Source: Patescibacteria group bacterium
GTDB lineage: Bacteria; Patescibacteriota; UBA1384; CAJBMM01
Length of the DNA: 64,000 nt
Assembly (NCBI GenBank): GCA_041660565.1
Contig: JBAZWC010000002.1
Coordinates: 217,836 to 281,835 of the forward strand
Direction: 5' to 3'
Shown here: positions 54,580-64,000 of the stretch, in pieces
How positions within the stretch are numbered: position 1 is the first letter of the stretch
How the letters are laid out: each line of letters opens with the position of its first letter
Notes under the pieces: generated by a model
What the model saw: the letters and a program-made list of their open reading frames with translations, nothing else
Database searches by the model: none
What the model was told of the DNA's origin: nothing
Made by a program: the position numbers and the translations under genes

Positions 54580-54957
54580 ATGTCAGTGATACTATTGGCC
54601 GATGACGATAAAACGTTGCGAGATATGTATCGAATACCTTTGACCAGAGCGGGACACGTAGTTCACGAGGCGATAGATGGGTTAGCGGTTATCGAAATTG
54701 TCAAAACTATTCATTTCGATCTAATTTTACTAGACATTATGATGCCAAAAATGAACGGCTTGGACGTTTTGAAACTATTGCGTTCAGATGATGCCACAAA
54801 GCATGTTCCAATAATTATTTTAACCGCGTTGGCACAAGATTTAAGCCAAACCAGCGCTAGTGAGATTAAGGCAGACCGATATTTTTCCAAAGCAGACACT
54901 ACGCCAAACCAGTTGGTGCAATGCGTTAGCGAGCTTTTAGCTCAAAAGCCGAATTAA
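54580..54957 (+). CDS. single-domain response regulator (CheY-like)
   Basis: ILLADDDKT...LILLDIMMPKMNGLDVLKLLR. Paralog of the preceding gene. Confidence 0.85.
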   Translation: MSVILLADDDKTLRDMYRIPLTRAGHVVHEAIDGLAVIEIVKTIHFDLILLDIMMPKMNGLDVLKLLRSDDATKHVPIIILTALAQDLSQTSASEIKADRYFSKADTTPNQLVQCVSELLAQKPN

Positions 54958-54975
54958 GTATTTATCTCAAATTTA

Positions 54976-55239
54976 TTATTGCCCGACGAACGGATTTTCA
55001 CGGCCGGAGGTGTTTGGCGTTAATTGTGCACTAACATCTATATGCAATCTGCCCGTAACCAACGCCATATTGGTGGTATCTAGTTTAGACGTGCTTACGC
55101 TTTCCACAACATCGGACGATAAATCTTCGGACTGTTTGGTCAACAAGCTGGTGTAATAAATACTGCCATTAATTAACAGCAAAGCGATGATCGCAATGAC
55201 AATTATTACCGCTTTACTTTGATTTTTAGCTTCTTCCAT
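54976..55239 (-). CDS. small single-TM protein at the end of the pilMNO operon (PilP-position)
   Basis: 87 aa with one TM helix. It lies 12 nt downstream of pilO. Confidence 0.3.
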   Translation of the reverse strand: MEEAKNQSKAVIIVIAIIALLLINGSIYYTSLLTKQSEDLSSDVVESVSTSKLDTTNMALVTGRLHIDVSAQLTPNTSGRENPFVGQ

Positions 55240-55251
55240 ATCGATTCCTAC

Positions 55252-55812
55252 TTACTTTACGTAATAAAAACTGAATTTAATATCAGCGGATAAATTATTG
55301 GCATCACTCTCGGTTGGAATAATGGTTACAGATGTAATTGTAAGAATTCTATCTAGAGTTTCGCTTTCGGTTAATAGAAGTTTGATGTTTGGGTACGTGC
55401 CATTTACGCTCATCGATCCGGTTAGTTCTTTGTAATAGCTACTGGTTGATGCGGTGGTAGCCGCGGTATTTTTGGTAGTGCTGGTTAGCGGGGATAAGTT
55501 AATATCATTTACTTTTAGTTGGTGGCTGTTGGCCAGAGTTTCAAGGGTAAGCAAAAGAGTGTCATAATCGGGCGTTTTCGGGATAGCTAGTGTAGTAATA
55601 TTTTGGGCCTGAGTAATGTCAGTCTGGCTTTTGTTAAGTTTTATTAGATCATTTAATTTATCTTGGCTTTGGATATACTGCTGATTTTTATTTTTTAATT
55701 CCGTGATACTGTTGTTAACTCCCGATACAAAAGGTTTGATACCAAAAACTGTGCCACCACCAAGAATGGCGATGTAGATGATGGTGATTAATACGACGCG
55801 ATAATTAATCAT
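55252..55812 (-). CDS. pilO: type IV pilus assembly protein PilO-like
   Basis: N-terminal TM helix, then a coiled coil and an alpha/beta domain. Its position after pilN with a 1-nt overlap supports the call. Confidence 0.55.
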   Translation of the reverse strand: MINYRVVLITIIYIAILGGGTVFGIKPFVSGVNNSITELKNKNQQYIQSQDKLNDLIKLNKSQTDITQAQNITTLAIPKTPDYDTLLLTLETLANSHQLKVNDINLSPLTSTTKNTAATTASTSSYYKELTGSMSVNGTYPNIKLLLTESETLDRILTITSVTIIPTESDANNLSADIKFSFYYVK

Positions 55813-56411
55813 TATTTCACCTTTGGTGTTTGGTAGCCGGCGTTTAGGGTGAAAGTGAATGGGGCGGTGGTGTCAACTGATGTGTCGGCGGTAATAGTGT
55901 AGGTAATCCCAGTAAACGCCGCGTTGTTCTCTAAGGCCCGTTTGAAATCAACAATACTTGATCGTTGTTTTGCTGTTCCGCCAATGGTAATTTGAACCGG
56001 AGCGGCAGTAACAGCCGGAGTCGCACTCTTTGTTGTGGTAGCAACTGTTTTATTTACCGTAATCGTTTTTATTATTACATCGCTGCCAATCACGGCCGAA
56101 ATCTGATCTAAGATTGTGTTAGGTTTGATCTGCTTGTCAAGAATAGTTTTGATTGCTTTGAGGCCGGTGTTTGCGCTTGAGACGTTTGATTCCAGATCTT
56201 TGTACACCAAGGTTTTATTTTCGATAGTTTCTATTTGATTATTGAAACTGTTAATTTTTTCAGCAATGGTAATTCGAACCGTGGTTAAAGCTACCACAAA
56301 CCCAGCTAAAATGACCAAAATGGCGAAAAATCCGATCGAAATATAGGTCATCAAATTTACTGATAATCTTTTCTGTTTCTGAGATTGTGGTAAAAGGTTA
56401 ATGTCGCTCAT
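55812..56411 (-). CDS. pilN: type IV pilus assembly protein PilN-like
   Basis: Short cytoplasmic N-terminus (SDINLLP) that would bind PilM, then a TM helix and a periplasmic-type domain. Confidence 0.55.
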   Translation of the reverse strand: MSDINLLPQSQKQKRLSVNLMTYISIGFFAILVILAGFVVALTTVRITIAEKINSFNNQIETIENKTLVYKDLESNVSSANTGLKAIKTILDKQIKPNTILDQISAVIGSDVIIKTITVNKTVATTTKSATPAVTAAPVQITIGGTAKQRSSIVDFKRALENNAAFTGITYTITADTSVDTTAPFTFTLNAGYQTPKVK

Positions 56412-56420
56412 TTTCTCACC

Positions 56421-57446
56421 TTAATATGGCCTCATACTTAATCCAAGCGATACCGCGTACTGTAAATTTACTTCAGTGGTGCCGGTAACCAGCGGCAAAC
56501 CGGGTTCGCACTGAATATGCATTGACCCGACAACGGCCGGAATAATACCAGGGATGGTTGACCCCTGCCCAACCAGAATTGCACGCTTAATTTTGTCGGC
56601 TTGATAGTCTCTGGTTTCGTGAAAACGGTTGGCAGAAACTGCTTCTTGAACAATTGGGGCAACGGCACTGGAAACTACACTGTCAATTGAACTGCTTTTA
56701 TGATTGGATAAATAGTCCCTAACCTCGTTTTCAGGTTGGTTCAGTTTTTCACCAATGGTTTTTAGTAATTGCGCTTCGCCGATGTTTAAGGAGGTGGTTA
56801 ACCACACGTTGCCGTGGTCCGAAATAGTCATACGGGTAGATTCAGATCCGATCTCAATAATCTGAATCGCGTCGGTACTACCGGCGGGTAGTAGCGATCG
56901 GGTGATTGCGGTAGATTTTGTTTCCAAAGCCGATAGCTCAAACCCAGCCTGGTTGGTTATGTCTATCAAGCTGTCAACCATCTGTTTGGGAGCGGCAAAT
57001 ATGGCCACATCAATTTGTTGTTTGTCTGGATGCAACGCCAGTGGGGTGTAATCAATATACATTTCGTCAATTGGCATCGGAATAAACTGGCTGGTTTCAA
57101 ACGGGATTGCTTTTTGGAGCTCGTTTGGAGGCAAGTTTGGCATTTGGATTACTTTGGAAAAAATGTAAATCTCGGGTAACGCGGCCACCAGTGTTTTGGC
57201 GGTAATGCGGTGCGGGGTGGCGTTTTGCAAGGCAGATTTAATTGTTTCAATTAGTGCGTCCGGATTGGCAATAGTGCCTTTTTCAAGCGTTTTTTTAGGT
57301 AGTTCGGCGATACCTAAACTGACCAGGCGAGAATGTTGCCTTGGTCGTTTTAGTTGAGCTACTCTAACCGAGTGTTGCCCAATGTCTAAGCCGACTACTT
57401 CGGTTCGTAATCCTAAGAACGATGATAAACTCAAATACCCCTCCAT
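56421..57446 (-). CDS. pilM: type IV pilus assembly ATPase-like protein PilM (actin-like fold)
   Basis: VVGLDIGQHSVRVAQL N-terminal motif and the actin/FtsA-like architecture. Confidence 0.75.
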   Translation of the reverse strand: MEGYLSLSSFLGLRTEVVGLDIGQHSVRVAQLKRPRQHSRLVSLGIAELPKKTLEKGTIANPDALIETIKSALQNATPHRITAKTLVAALPEIYIFSKVIQMPNLPPNELQKAIPFETSQFIPMPIDEMYIDYTPLALHPDKQQIDVAIFAAPKQMVDSLIDITNQAGFELSALETKSTAITRSLLPAGSTDAIQIIEIGSESTRMTISDHGNVWLTTSLNIGEAQLLKTIGEKLNQPENEVRDYLSNHKSSSIDSVVSSAVAPIVQEAVSANRFHETRDYQADKIKRAILVGQGSTIPGIIPAVVGSMHIQCEPGLPLVTGTTEVNLQYAVSLGLSMRPY

Positions 57447-57497
57447 AAATAGTATAACAATAGAAATTACAAATCACAATTTTTAATTTTTAACCTT

Positions 57498-58877
57498 TTA
57501 TGGATTTAACTCTTCCCGCCAGGAGAGCAAGGCGTATTGGCCGGTAAGGGGGAAGCTGGGTGGGGGCGCATATAATAGATATTGGTCGTAGGTTTGAGTG
57601 GTGGTGCGGTATCCGGAAATCACGTTATTACCATTTACCCATGTCCAGTTCCAGTAGTTAAAACATCCAATAGATCCATAAACTGTGATGGCATTACGAA
57701 TATTGTATATACCCTGACCGCAATTATCGTTCCAGCAAATTGGACGATAAACTCGTCCGTTTTGCGCCAGCATAGCAGCGTTAATTTCTAATGTGTTTGG
57801 AGAAAGTGGCCCCACTTTGACATCTCGTTGCGCAGCTAAACCAAGGGCATCGGTACCATCTTTAGCGGTATAGACCAGGTTATTGGTGATGGTAATATCA
57901 CGATAGGTGGCCACTGCGGCCGGTAGGGTGGCCGCTGCAATAGTATATCGCCCATGAACTGTGCCACTAACCCAAACGTGATCCGCAGCGAATATGATGC
58001 CATTTGCCGGGGCGGGCTGGTTTACTAACGCGGTAGTGCTGAATTGGTTCAAAGTAGAGTTTGTAACGGTGGCTAAATTATAGGTGCCGTTGGCTAAAAA
58101 TTGAATGTAATACCCGAGCCCGGTCGATTTTCCAAGCGATTTTCCACCACTAGCCGCGCTGGTTTGTAACGAAAGAAAATCCGCCGTGATGTTTTGGAAG
58201 TTTATACGTGGTACCGGATAGATCCATTGATCGGTTGGTCCGCCGCTGCCCCAGACGCCGTTATGGGTGGTGTGACCATCGCCGCCAAACTGTGTAGCCG
58301 GGACATAACTAGCGTTTGCCGAGCTAACAATACCGTTGTTGGTTCCGTCGTAATGAATACCGGTGTTGGAATGAACCGGACCGTTGGTGTTTTCGCTATC
58401 ACCAAACCAAATTTCGTTATTGGTTACGACCGCATATTGACTAAAGGATGGTATACCTAAAACCGCTTTGACCGTTCTAGTGGTGGATGATCCGTTTAGC
58501 GTTCCGGTGGATTCGACAGTAGTAACTGTGCTTCCGTTTACCGGTGGGGTAATTAATAACGAATACGATCCAATGTTTTTACCGGTATTGTCTATGTACT
58601 GATGGACATAGGGGCCGTAAGGGGCACCACCCTGTGGTGCGCCATTGCCATCGGTGTAGTCGGCGTTATTGTGAGACAAATGCCACAGATAGTAACTCAC
58701 CCCGGCCTCAGAGATCCCTAGTGCGTCAATTTTATTCTGGCTGGTTTTGCTACTTTTACGTTGCATTATTGCAACTTCAACCAGGGCTACACTTAGGGTA
58801 ATAAATGCAGCACATAGGATCAAGATGATTGGGAGATAGAACGATTTGCGTTTGGATATTACTTTTTTGTTCATCAT
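57498..58877 (-). CDS. PilX-like pilus-associated protein with an N-terminal TM anchor
   Basis: The N-terminus KRKSFYLPIILILCAAFITLSVALVEVAIMQ resembles the PilX N-terminal domain. A large Thr/Asn/Gly-rich beta-rich exodomain follows. Confidence 0.35.
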   Translation of the reverse strand: MMNKKVISKRKSFYLPIILILCAAFITLSVALVEVAIMQRKSSKTSQNKIDALGISEAGVSYYLWHLSHNNADYTDGNGAPQGGAPYGPYVHQYIDNTGKNIGSYSLLITPPVNGSTVTTVESTGTLNGSSTTRTVKAVLGIPSFSQYAVVTNNEIWFGDSENTNGPVHSNTGIHYDGTNNGIVSSANASYVPATQFGGDGHTTHNGVWGSGGPTDQWIYPVPRINFQNITADFLSLQTSAASGGKSLGKSTGLGYYIQFLANGTYNLATVTNSTLNQFSTTALVNQPAPANGIIFAADHVWVSGTVHGRYTIAAATLPAAVATYRDITITNNLVYTAKDGTDALGLAAQRDVKVGPLSPNTLEINAAMLAQNGRVYRPICWNDNCGQGIYNIRNAITVYGSIGCFNYWNWTWVNGNNVISGYRTTTQTYDQYLLYAPPPSFPLTGQYALLSWREELNP

Positions 58878-58902
58878 GATTCCAAATTTGTCTGATAAGT
58901 TT

Positions 58903-59475
58903 TTATAGATTTGTTTTAAGGTTGCGTAAGTTAACTTTTGTGCTTGAGGTGGTGGTGTAGGTTGAATTGTAGGTGGAAAAGATGGTTGACGATACCGTAA
59001 CTAAGTGTACCGCAGGTAATGAAATTGGTAAATTCAGTGTCCCCATTTCTGATTCGTATTGAAACAGAGGTGTGGCTGGGTTAGTAACAAAATGGGTGTT
59101 GATGGTTCTAGTAGTCGCGGTGCCGGGGTCATAAGTATAGGTGCTACCAGATGCCACTCCAATTATAGTGGAAAGAGTGATGTTTGCGCCGGTTTTGGTG
59201 ATGGTGACTTGTGTTGGAGTGGCGTCGGCAGGGGCAAAATAGGATAGCACGGTGATCTGTGAAGCATCTGCTGACACAACTTGATAAGTTCCACGAAGCG
59301 CATTGGCAATTCGTGTGGTTAATGTGTCTGCCTCAGTTTTGGTTAGCGAAAGATACTGTCCGCGATAGTAGAGCGTGTAGGTATTACGAACGAAAGCAAT
59401 TAAAATAGAGCCAATTATGGTCAAAATGGCTACCGTAACTAACAACTCGACTAAACTAAAAGATTTTGTTTTCAT
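58903..59475 (-). CDS. type IV pilin-like protein
   Basis: Class III leader MKTKS|FSLVELLVTVAILTIIGSIL, with Glu at +5 and an N-terminal hydrophobic helix. Confidence 0.55.
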   Translation of the reverse strand: MKTKSFSLVELLVTVAILTIIGSILIAFVRNTYTLYYRGQYLSLTKTEADTLTTRIANALRGTYQVVSADASQITVLSYFAPADATPTQVTITKTGANITLSTIIGVASGSTYTYDPGTATTRTINTHFVTNPATPLFQYESEMGTLNLPISLPAVHLVTVSSTIFSTYNSTYTTTSSTKVNLRNLKTNL

Positions 59476-60821
59476 TCGATAACTATTGCCTCTGTTTGAC
59501 GCGCCGTGTGGCCTTGGGCATCACGATATATCAGATCGTAACTGCCAAGTGTTAGCGCCGAAAAATCGACTGTGCCACTGACAAGCGTGTTGTTTTGACC
59601 CACTGTCAGGCCGGTGTTGAATGGAATTTCCGCATCTGAACCGCGCTGAAGTGAGAACTCGGGTAAAGTTAAGTTGGCGCCAGATATTTCGATACTTACC
59701 CCAGCCGCAGCCGTGAATTGGTTTGGGTTAATATTTGAAATGCGCACGTCAGTTGGATCAATGGTGAAGTCACAGTTAACGGTAATGGCGCTATTAGGTG
59801 AAACGATAATGGGCAAGGTTGGGGAACAAGTTTTAATAAAAAATCCGATGGGAGGAGTAATGTTATAGCTATCGAACTCCAAATTACTAATCTGGACAAT
59901 CGGGTTGATTACAAATAATACCTGATTTTTAACCACATCTGGATTCTGTCCGATTAGTTTTTGCCCCACTAGCGCCGCGTCTCCACCGAAAACTACCACA
60001 CCGGTAATGTTAATGGTTAATGATGAGGTCAGGTCTATTGATAGTGTTACCTCAGTTGGTTGTTGCAGTAGGATTGTAGCATCTGGATTGGTTGGGCTTG
60101 GATTGGCAACTGAAATAGGGGTGGTTGAATCAGAGCTGTAGTTAACTTTTGAAGCAACAATGTGATAATTACCGGCTGGGGTTAGATTTGGGATGAAAAC
60201 ACCTCCGGCGGCATCGGTGGTGGTAGTGACATTAACGGGTGGGTTAACGGATGCGTTGGTTAAAACGATTGTTGCATCTGGAACCGGGCTGCCATTGGCA
60301 TCCAAAACTTTTAATTTTAATACGCCGGTATTAGAGGCGGTCTCAGCGGCTCTGGAGGCAATATCGGTTGAAAGCGTGGCTAGAACGGATGAATCGGTGT
60401 CTAGCACGGTAATGGTAACCCGTTTGTAATCAGCCGGATTAAGATCTCCGCTCCCAACCAAACTGTCATAAGCATCGTCAACATATCTAATGTCGGTGTG
60501 CACAACAAACTGAAATTTGTCTCTAGTAACCGATTCTTGATCTAAAATGTTGCCCTGTGGCACAATCGGGCCGTTTTGAGTGGCCAAGCTATCATATGAA
60601 AGGTTGCGAATATGCTCTAGCTTCTCATTTACTAGCTGCCCAGCGGCGGCAACTCTAGACGATTGATTAACGGTCTTGATACTACTCGCCATCGCCATTA
60701 TTACCACCGTAGAGATAAGCGAAAGAATCGCCATATCAATCACAACCTCAATAAGGGTGACAGCTTTTCTGGTTGATGATAGTTTAATGTGAAGCCTCAT
60801 ATTCATCCGATTCCAAGTCAT
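59472..60821 (-). CDS. minor pilin-like protein with carboxypeptidase-regulatory-like Ig domains
   Basis: Prepilin-like N-terminal helix KAVTLIEVVIDMAILSLISTVVIM. The exodomain is beta-sandwich-like (GSPVPDATIVLTNASV...GNYHIVASKVNYSSD). The start is ambiguous between the TTG at 60836 and the ATG at 60821. Confidence 0.45.
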   Translation of the reverse strand: MTWNRMNMRLHIKLSSTRKAVTLIEVVIDMAILSLISTVVIMAMASSIKTVNQSSRVAAAGQLVNEKLEHIRNLSYDSLATQNGPIVPQGNILDQESVTRDKFQFVVHTDIRYVDDAYDSLVGSGDLNPADYKRVTITVLDTDSSVLATLSTDIASRAAETASNTGVLKLKVLDANGSPVPDATIVLTNASVNPPVNVTTTTDAAGGVFIPNLTPAGNYHIVASKVNYSSDSTTPISVANPSPTNPDATILLQQPTEVTLSIDLTSSLTINITGVVVFGGDAALVGQKLIGQNPDVVKNQVLFVINPIVQISNLEFDSYNITPPIGFFIKTCSPTLPIIVSPNSAITVNCDFTIDPTDVRISNINPNQFTAAAGVSIEISGANLTLPEFSLQRGSDAEIPFNTGLTVGQNNTLVSGTVDFSALTLGSYDLIYRDAQGHTARQTEAIVIE

Positions 60822-60868
60822 TTCCCAATTGGTCAAATTGGTCCAATTGGATAAATTGGATTTTGTAT

Positions 60869-62089
60869 TTATGTGATTGATGATGTGAGTGAATAAATTG
60901 GCAGTAATATGGCAATCACAATCGAGCCAATAACCCCACCCATTATTAACATCAGCGCCGGTTCGAGTAATGTAGTTAGGTTTCGGGTTAAGTTATCCAC
61001 CTCTTTTTCCATAAAATTAGCTAAATTATTAAAGATAACATCGGTATTTCCGCTTTTTTCACCTACCGCAGTCAGCTGGACCATCATTCTAGGCATGTGT
61101 GGTTGTTTTTTTAATGCTGCCGAAATATCTAACCCGTTTTCAACGTCTTTGCCAGCTTTTTCTATCTCAACCCTGAATATATCATTGCCAACAACGTCTT
61201 TTGAGGTTGAAAATATCTCTTGCATTGGCAACCCGGCGCCAAGCAAAGTGGCAAAAATGCGGGAAAATCTGGCTAAACTAACCTTCCGAATAAGGGTGCC
61301 AAAAATTGGAATATTAATCTTAATTAGGTCAATGCGATGTTTGCCCTTGGCGGTGCGATAGTAGAAACGATAGCCGAAAAATACCCCAACAAGGGCGATA
61401 ATAATAATGTATCCCTGGCGGCGGATAACGTCTGCTAATCCAATTACCATACGCGTAACCAAGGGTAGCTTGGCATTATTTTCAATAAATACCGCCTGTA
61501 TTTGAGGCACAATGAACAACATAATAAGAGTGACAATAACCACCATCGCGACTAAAACAAAAATCGGGTATGCCATTGCACCTTTTATTTTGGCTTTGAT
61601 ATCGTTATCTTTTTCCATCTGAATTGTCAGCCGGTCTAGCACCTCATCTACTTTTCCGCTTTTTTCTCCGGCTTTTAGAATGCTCACGTAAACCGTATCA
61701 AAGATGTCCGGATGTTTGGCAAACGCCTGAGATAACGCCAAGCCACCTTCAACATCTGCGGTGATGGTTTTAATGATCTGGGCAAACTTTTTGTTATTTG
61801 TTTCTTCTTGCAGAGATCCGAGCGCTTGGCTAATTGGTAGCCCGGCCTTGGTCATAATGGAGAGCTGCTGAGTAAAAACAAATTTGTCTTTATCACCGAT
61901 TCTGTTAAACAATGACCCCCCAGCCTTTTTAGCCGACTTAGATGAGGATAAATTGCCCTCAGAAATATCTAAAATTATTAAATTTTTATCTCGCAATTTT
62001 TTAATCGCGTCACTTTTCGAATCCGCAGAAATTACGCCATTGGATTTCTGGCCCTTTGAATCACGGGTGATGTATCTAAAATCAGCCAT
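60869..62089 (-). CDS. pilC: type IV pilus platform protein PilC (GspF family)
   Basis: Two GspF repeats and three TM helices. It lies 1 nt downstream of pilB. Confidence 0.85.
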   Translation of the reverse strand: MADFRYITRDSKGQKSNGVISADSKSDAIKKLRDKNLIILDISEGNLSSSKSAKKAGGSLFNRIGDKDKFVFTQQLSIMTKAGLPISQALGSLQEETNNKKFAQIIKTITADVEGGLALSQAFAKHPDIFDTVYVSILKAGEKSGKVDEVLDRLTIQMEKDNDIKAKIKGAMAYPIFVLVAMVVIVTLIMLFIVPQIQAVFIENNAKLPLVTRMVIGLADVIRRQGYIIIIALVGVFFGYRFYYRTAKGKHRIDLIKINIPIFGTLIRKVSLARFSRIFATLLGAGLPMQEIFSTSKDVVGNDIFRVEIEKAGKDVENGLDISAALKKQPHMPRMMVQLTAVGEKSGNTDVIFNNLANFMEKEVDNLTRNLTTLLEPALMLIMGGVIGSIVIAILLPIYSLTSSIT

Positions 62090-62090
62090 C

Positions 62091-63764
62091 TTACTCCTTT
62101 GTCACTCGCCATACTTCTTCTAATGTGGTTAACCCATCAAGCGCTTTTAAGATTCCGTCTTGAATCATGGTAATCATGCCATCTGCAACGGCTTGTTTTT
62201 GGATGACGCTACCCGAAACGCGTTCCAATGCCAATTTTTTCACCGTTTCGTTGATTTCCAGCACTTCAAAGATACCGATTCTGCCTTTATAGCCAGTGTT
62301 TTGACACAGATCGCATCCCTTGCCGCGATAGAAAGCGATCTCTTTTTTAGCCACTTCTTTTCGGGGGATTTCTGGCATCTCGCTAATAATTTTATTCACT
62401 AATTCTTCTTCGGATTTATCTGCCGCTACTTTTTGTTTGCAGTCTTGGCATACTTGGCGCGCCAGACGTTGGCCGACCACAGTGTTGATAGAAGAGGTGA
62501 TTAGGAACGGCTCGATGGCCATATCGATTAAACGTGGGATTGCACCGGCAGCATCGTTAGTGTGCAAGGTTGAAAGGACAATGTGCCCCGTTAGCGATGC
62601 TTGGATGCCCATTTCGGCAGTTTCTTTATCACGAATTTCTCCCACCATAATAATGTTTGGGTCTTGACGCACAATCGCTCGCAAACCGTTGGCAAAGGTG
62701 TAGCCAATGTCGGCATTAATCTGGCTTTGGTTTACGCCAGCCATGCGGTACTCCACCGGATCTTCAATAGTCAAAACGTTCACTCCGGGATTCATAATTT
62801 GAGTTAGCAGCGCGTAAAGAGTAGTGGTTTTCCCAGATCCGGTTGGCCCGGTCACCAGCGTCATACCGTGGCTTTTGGATACCGCACTGTCTAGGGTTTT
62901 ACGTGATTCGCCCCTTAAACCAAGCTGATCAAGCGTCAAAATTCCGACGCTTTTATCTAAAATACGTAACACGATTTTTTCGCCCGTAACCACCGGAATA
63001 GTGGACATACGAAAATCGATATCTCGGCGGTCGATAATCAGCTGAATACGGCCATCTTGTGGCAATCTTTGCTCGTCAATTTTTAGGTTAGCTAAAATCT
63101 TTAGTCGTGAAGCTACCGCTGCTTGAATTTCTTTGGGCAGCGTGACCTTTTTATGCAAAATGCCATCAAGCCTAAACCGAACAATCACTTCTTTTTCATC
63201 CGGTTCAATATGAATGTCCGAAGCTTTTTCTCGCACCGCTTTTTTTAATAATGAGTAAACAATGCGGGCTGTGGGAGCGTTTTCGTTCTCGGGTTCTTCA
63301 TCTACCTGCTTAATTTCTTGCTTTTTCTCTACTCCTAAATCGGCGTCAGAAATAGCGTCTTCCAGATCGGCCTGAAAACCGGAATATTGATCTAAAATAT
63401 GACCAACATCATCGGTTGTACACAGCTTTGGCTTAACCGCGTAGCCGGTCTTGCGTTTAATTAGCTCTATTGTCTCCACATCCTGCGGATCTACCATCGC
63501 CACGTTTAGAGCGTTATTTTCGAGCGATATTGGCACCGCTTGGAACTTGCGAGCGATGTGTTCGGGAATTAAGTTAAGGATTTCTTTGGGGACGTTAACT
63601 TGACTAAGGTCTGCGTATTCAATATTAACTGTGCCGGCGCTTAAAAATTTCTCCGCTTCAGACGCGGACGTGTCTTTAACCAGGTCAGCTTGTGATAAAA
63701 CTGGCGGAATATTTGCGTTTATTGGCACCGGTGTGCCGTTATTTTGATCGGTCTGATCTGCCAT
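62091..63764 (-). CDS. pilB: type IV pilus assembly ATPase PilB (GspE family)
   Basis: Walker A GPTGSGKTT, Asp/His boxes and a tetracysteine motif (CQDC...CDLC). Confidence 0.9.
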   Translation of the reverse strand: MADQTDQNNGTPVPINANIPPVLSQADLVKDTSASEAEKFLSAGTVNIEYADLSQVNVPKEILNLIPEHIARKFQAVPISLENNALNVAMVDPQDVETIELIKRKTGYAVKPKLCTTDDVGHILDQYSGFQADLEDAISDADLGVEKKQEIKQVDEEPENENAPTARIVYSLLKKAVREKASDIHIEPDEKEVIVRFRLDGILHKKVTLPKEIQAAVASRLKILANLKIDEQRLPQDGRIQLIIDRRDIDFRMSTIPVVTGEKIVLRILDKSVGILTLDQLGLRGESRKTLDSAVSKSHGMTLVTGPTGSGKTTTLYALLTQIMNPGVNVLTIEDPVEYRMAGVNQSQINADIGYTFANGLRAIVRQDPNIIMVGEIRDKETAEMGIQASLTGHIVLSTLHTNDAAGAIPRLIDMAIEPFLITSSINTVVGQRLARQVCQDCKQKVAADKSEEELVNKIISEMPEIPRKEVAKKEIAFYRGKGCDLCQNTGYKGRIGIFEVLEINETVKKLALERVSGSVIQKQAVADGMITMIQDGILKALDGLTTLEEVWRVTKE

Positions 63765-64000
63765 ACAAAAAGCCCCTCTATTAAAAGAATAACAGAAAAA
63801 ATTTCTAAGTTCTAATTTCTAATGTCAAATGTCACGGTCTGTCATTCCGGACTAGATCCGGAATCTATATAAACAAAGAACCCGGCGCTCGCATCGTGGC
63901 GGCGCCGGGTGGTAGGACTAGGACTTGGCGTAGGGGACAAGAAACCCCTTGCAGTTGGTGGCATGAAGCAACTTTGCGTCCTGAATGCTGACTAGAACTT

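Overview
The window is a gene-dense stretch of an AT-moderate genome (core about 45% GC). It most likely comes from a Candidate Phyla Radiation (CPR) / Patescibacteria bacterium and resembles Saccharibacteria (TM7). The evidence is peptidoglycan genes of the Gram-positive type (FemAB, a Mur ligase, MraY/WecA-like, UppP), ribosomal proteins with tail extensions, a PrgI-family protein, a large type IV pilus operon, and TGA used as a stop codon.

Recognisable housekeeping genes are polA, holA, rpsT, nrnA, rpsO-pnp, xerC/D, uppP, dedA, an M16 peptidase, ndk, dnaE, rpmA, rplS, yraN, gltX, galE, a NUDIX hydrolase and a ClpC/ClpB-like ATPase. There are also two tRNAs (Gln-CTG and Glu-CTC).

Part 1 notes:
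- Several ORF-track calls are over-extended at the 5' end. Corrected starts are given for holA, uppP, the M16 peptidase, ndk, the mraY-like gene, dnaE, gltX, clpC and the two tandem paralogs.

Part 2 themes:
- A T4SS-like membrane module (giant VirB6/TrbL-like protein, acidic protein, PrgI/VirB3-like protein) lies next to the xerC-like recombinase.
- At least five discrete GC-rich islands (about 60-65% GC) each carry one or two small secreted, Cys-rich zinc-ribbon or regulatory genes with their own SD sites, promoters and terminators. One island has a tandemly duplicated secreted-protein cassette plus a FliA/WhiG-type sigma factor with a 270-aa C-terminal extension beside tRNA-Gln. These look horizontally acquired, plausibly from a high-GC actinobacterial host.
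- An AT-rich ORF carrying an Rx4H motif sits directly downstream of tRNA-Glu (a possible HEPN/Abi-like defence island).
- A signalling island (two histidine kinases, three CheY-like regulators, a methyltransferase and a PaaK/CapK-like adenylating enzyme) abuts the type IV pilus operon.
- The intergenic DNA is unusually rich in dispersed repeat families for so small a genome. These are a MITE-like element with CTGTCATTTCGAC inverted termini, a 170-bp intergenic repeat, TTAGGG-rich palindromes, a TATAGATTCC-hairpin-AATGACA leader motif, 9-bp CCAATT arrays, and TTGAAAT heptamer tracts.

No CRISPR array, rRNA or obvious transposase gene is present.
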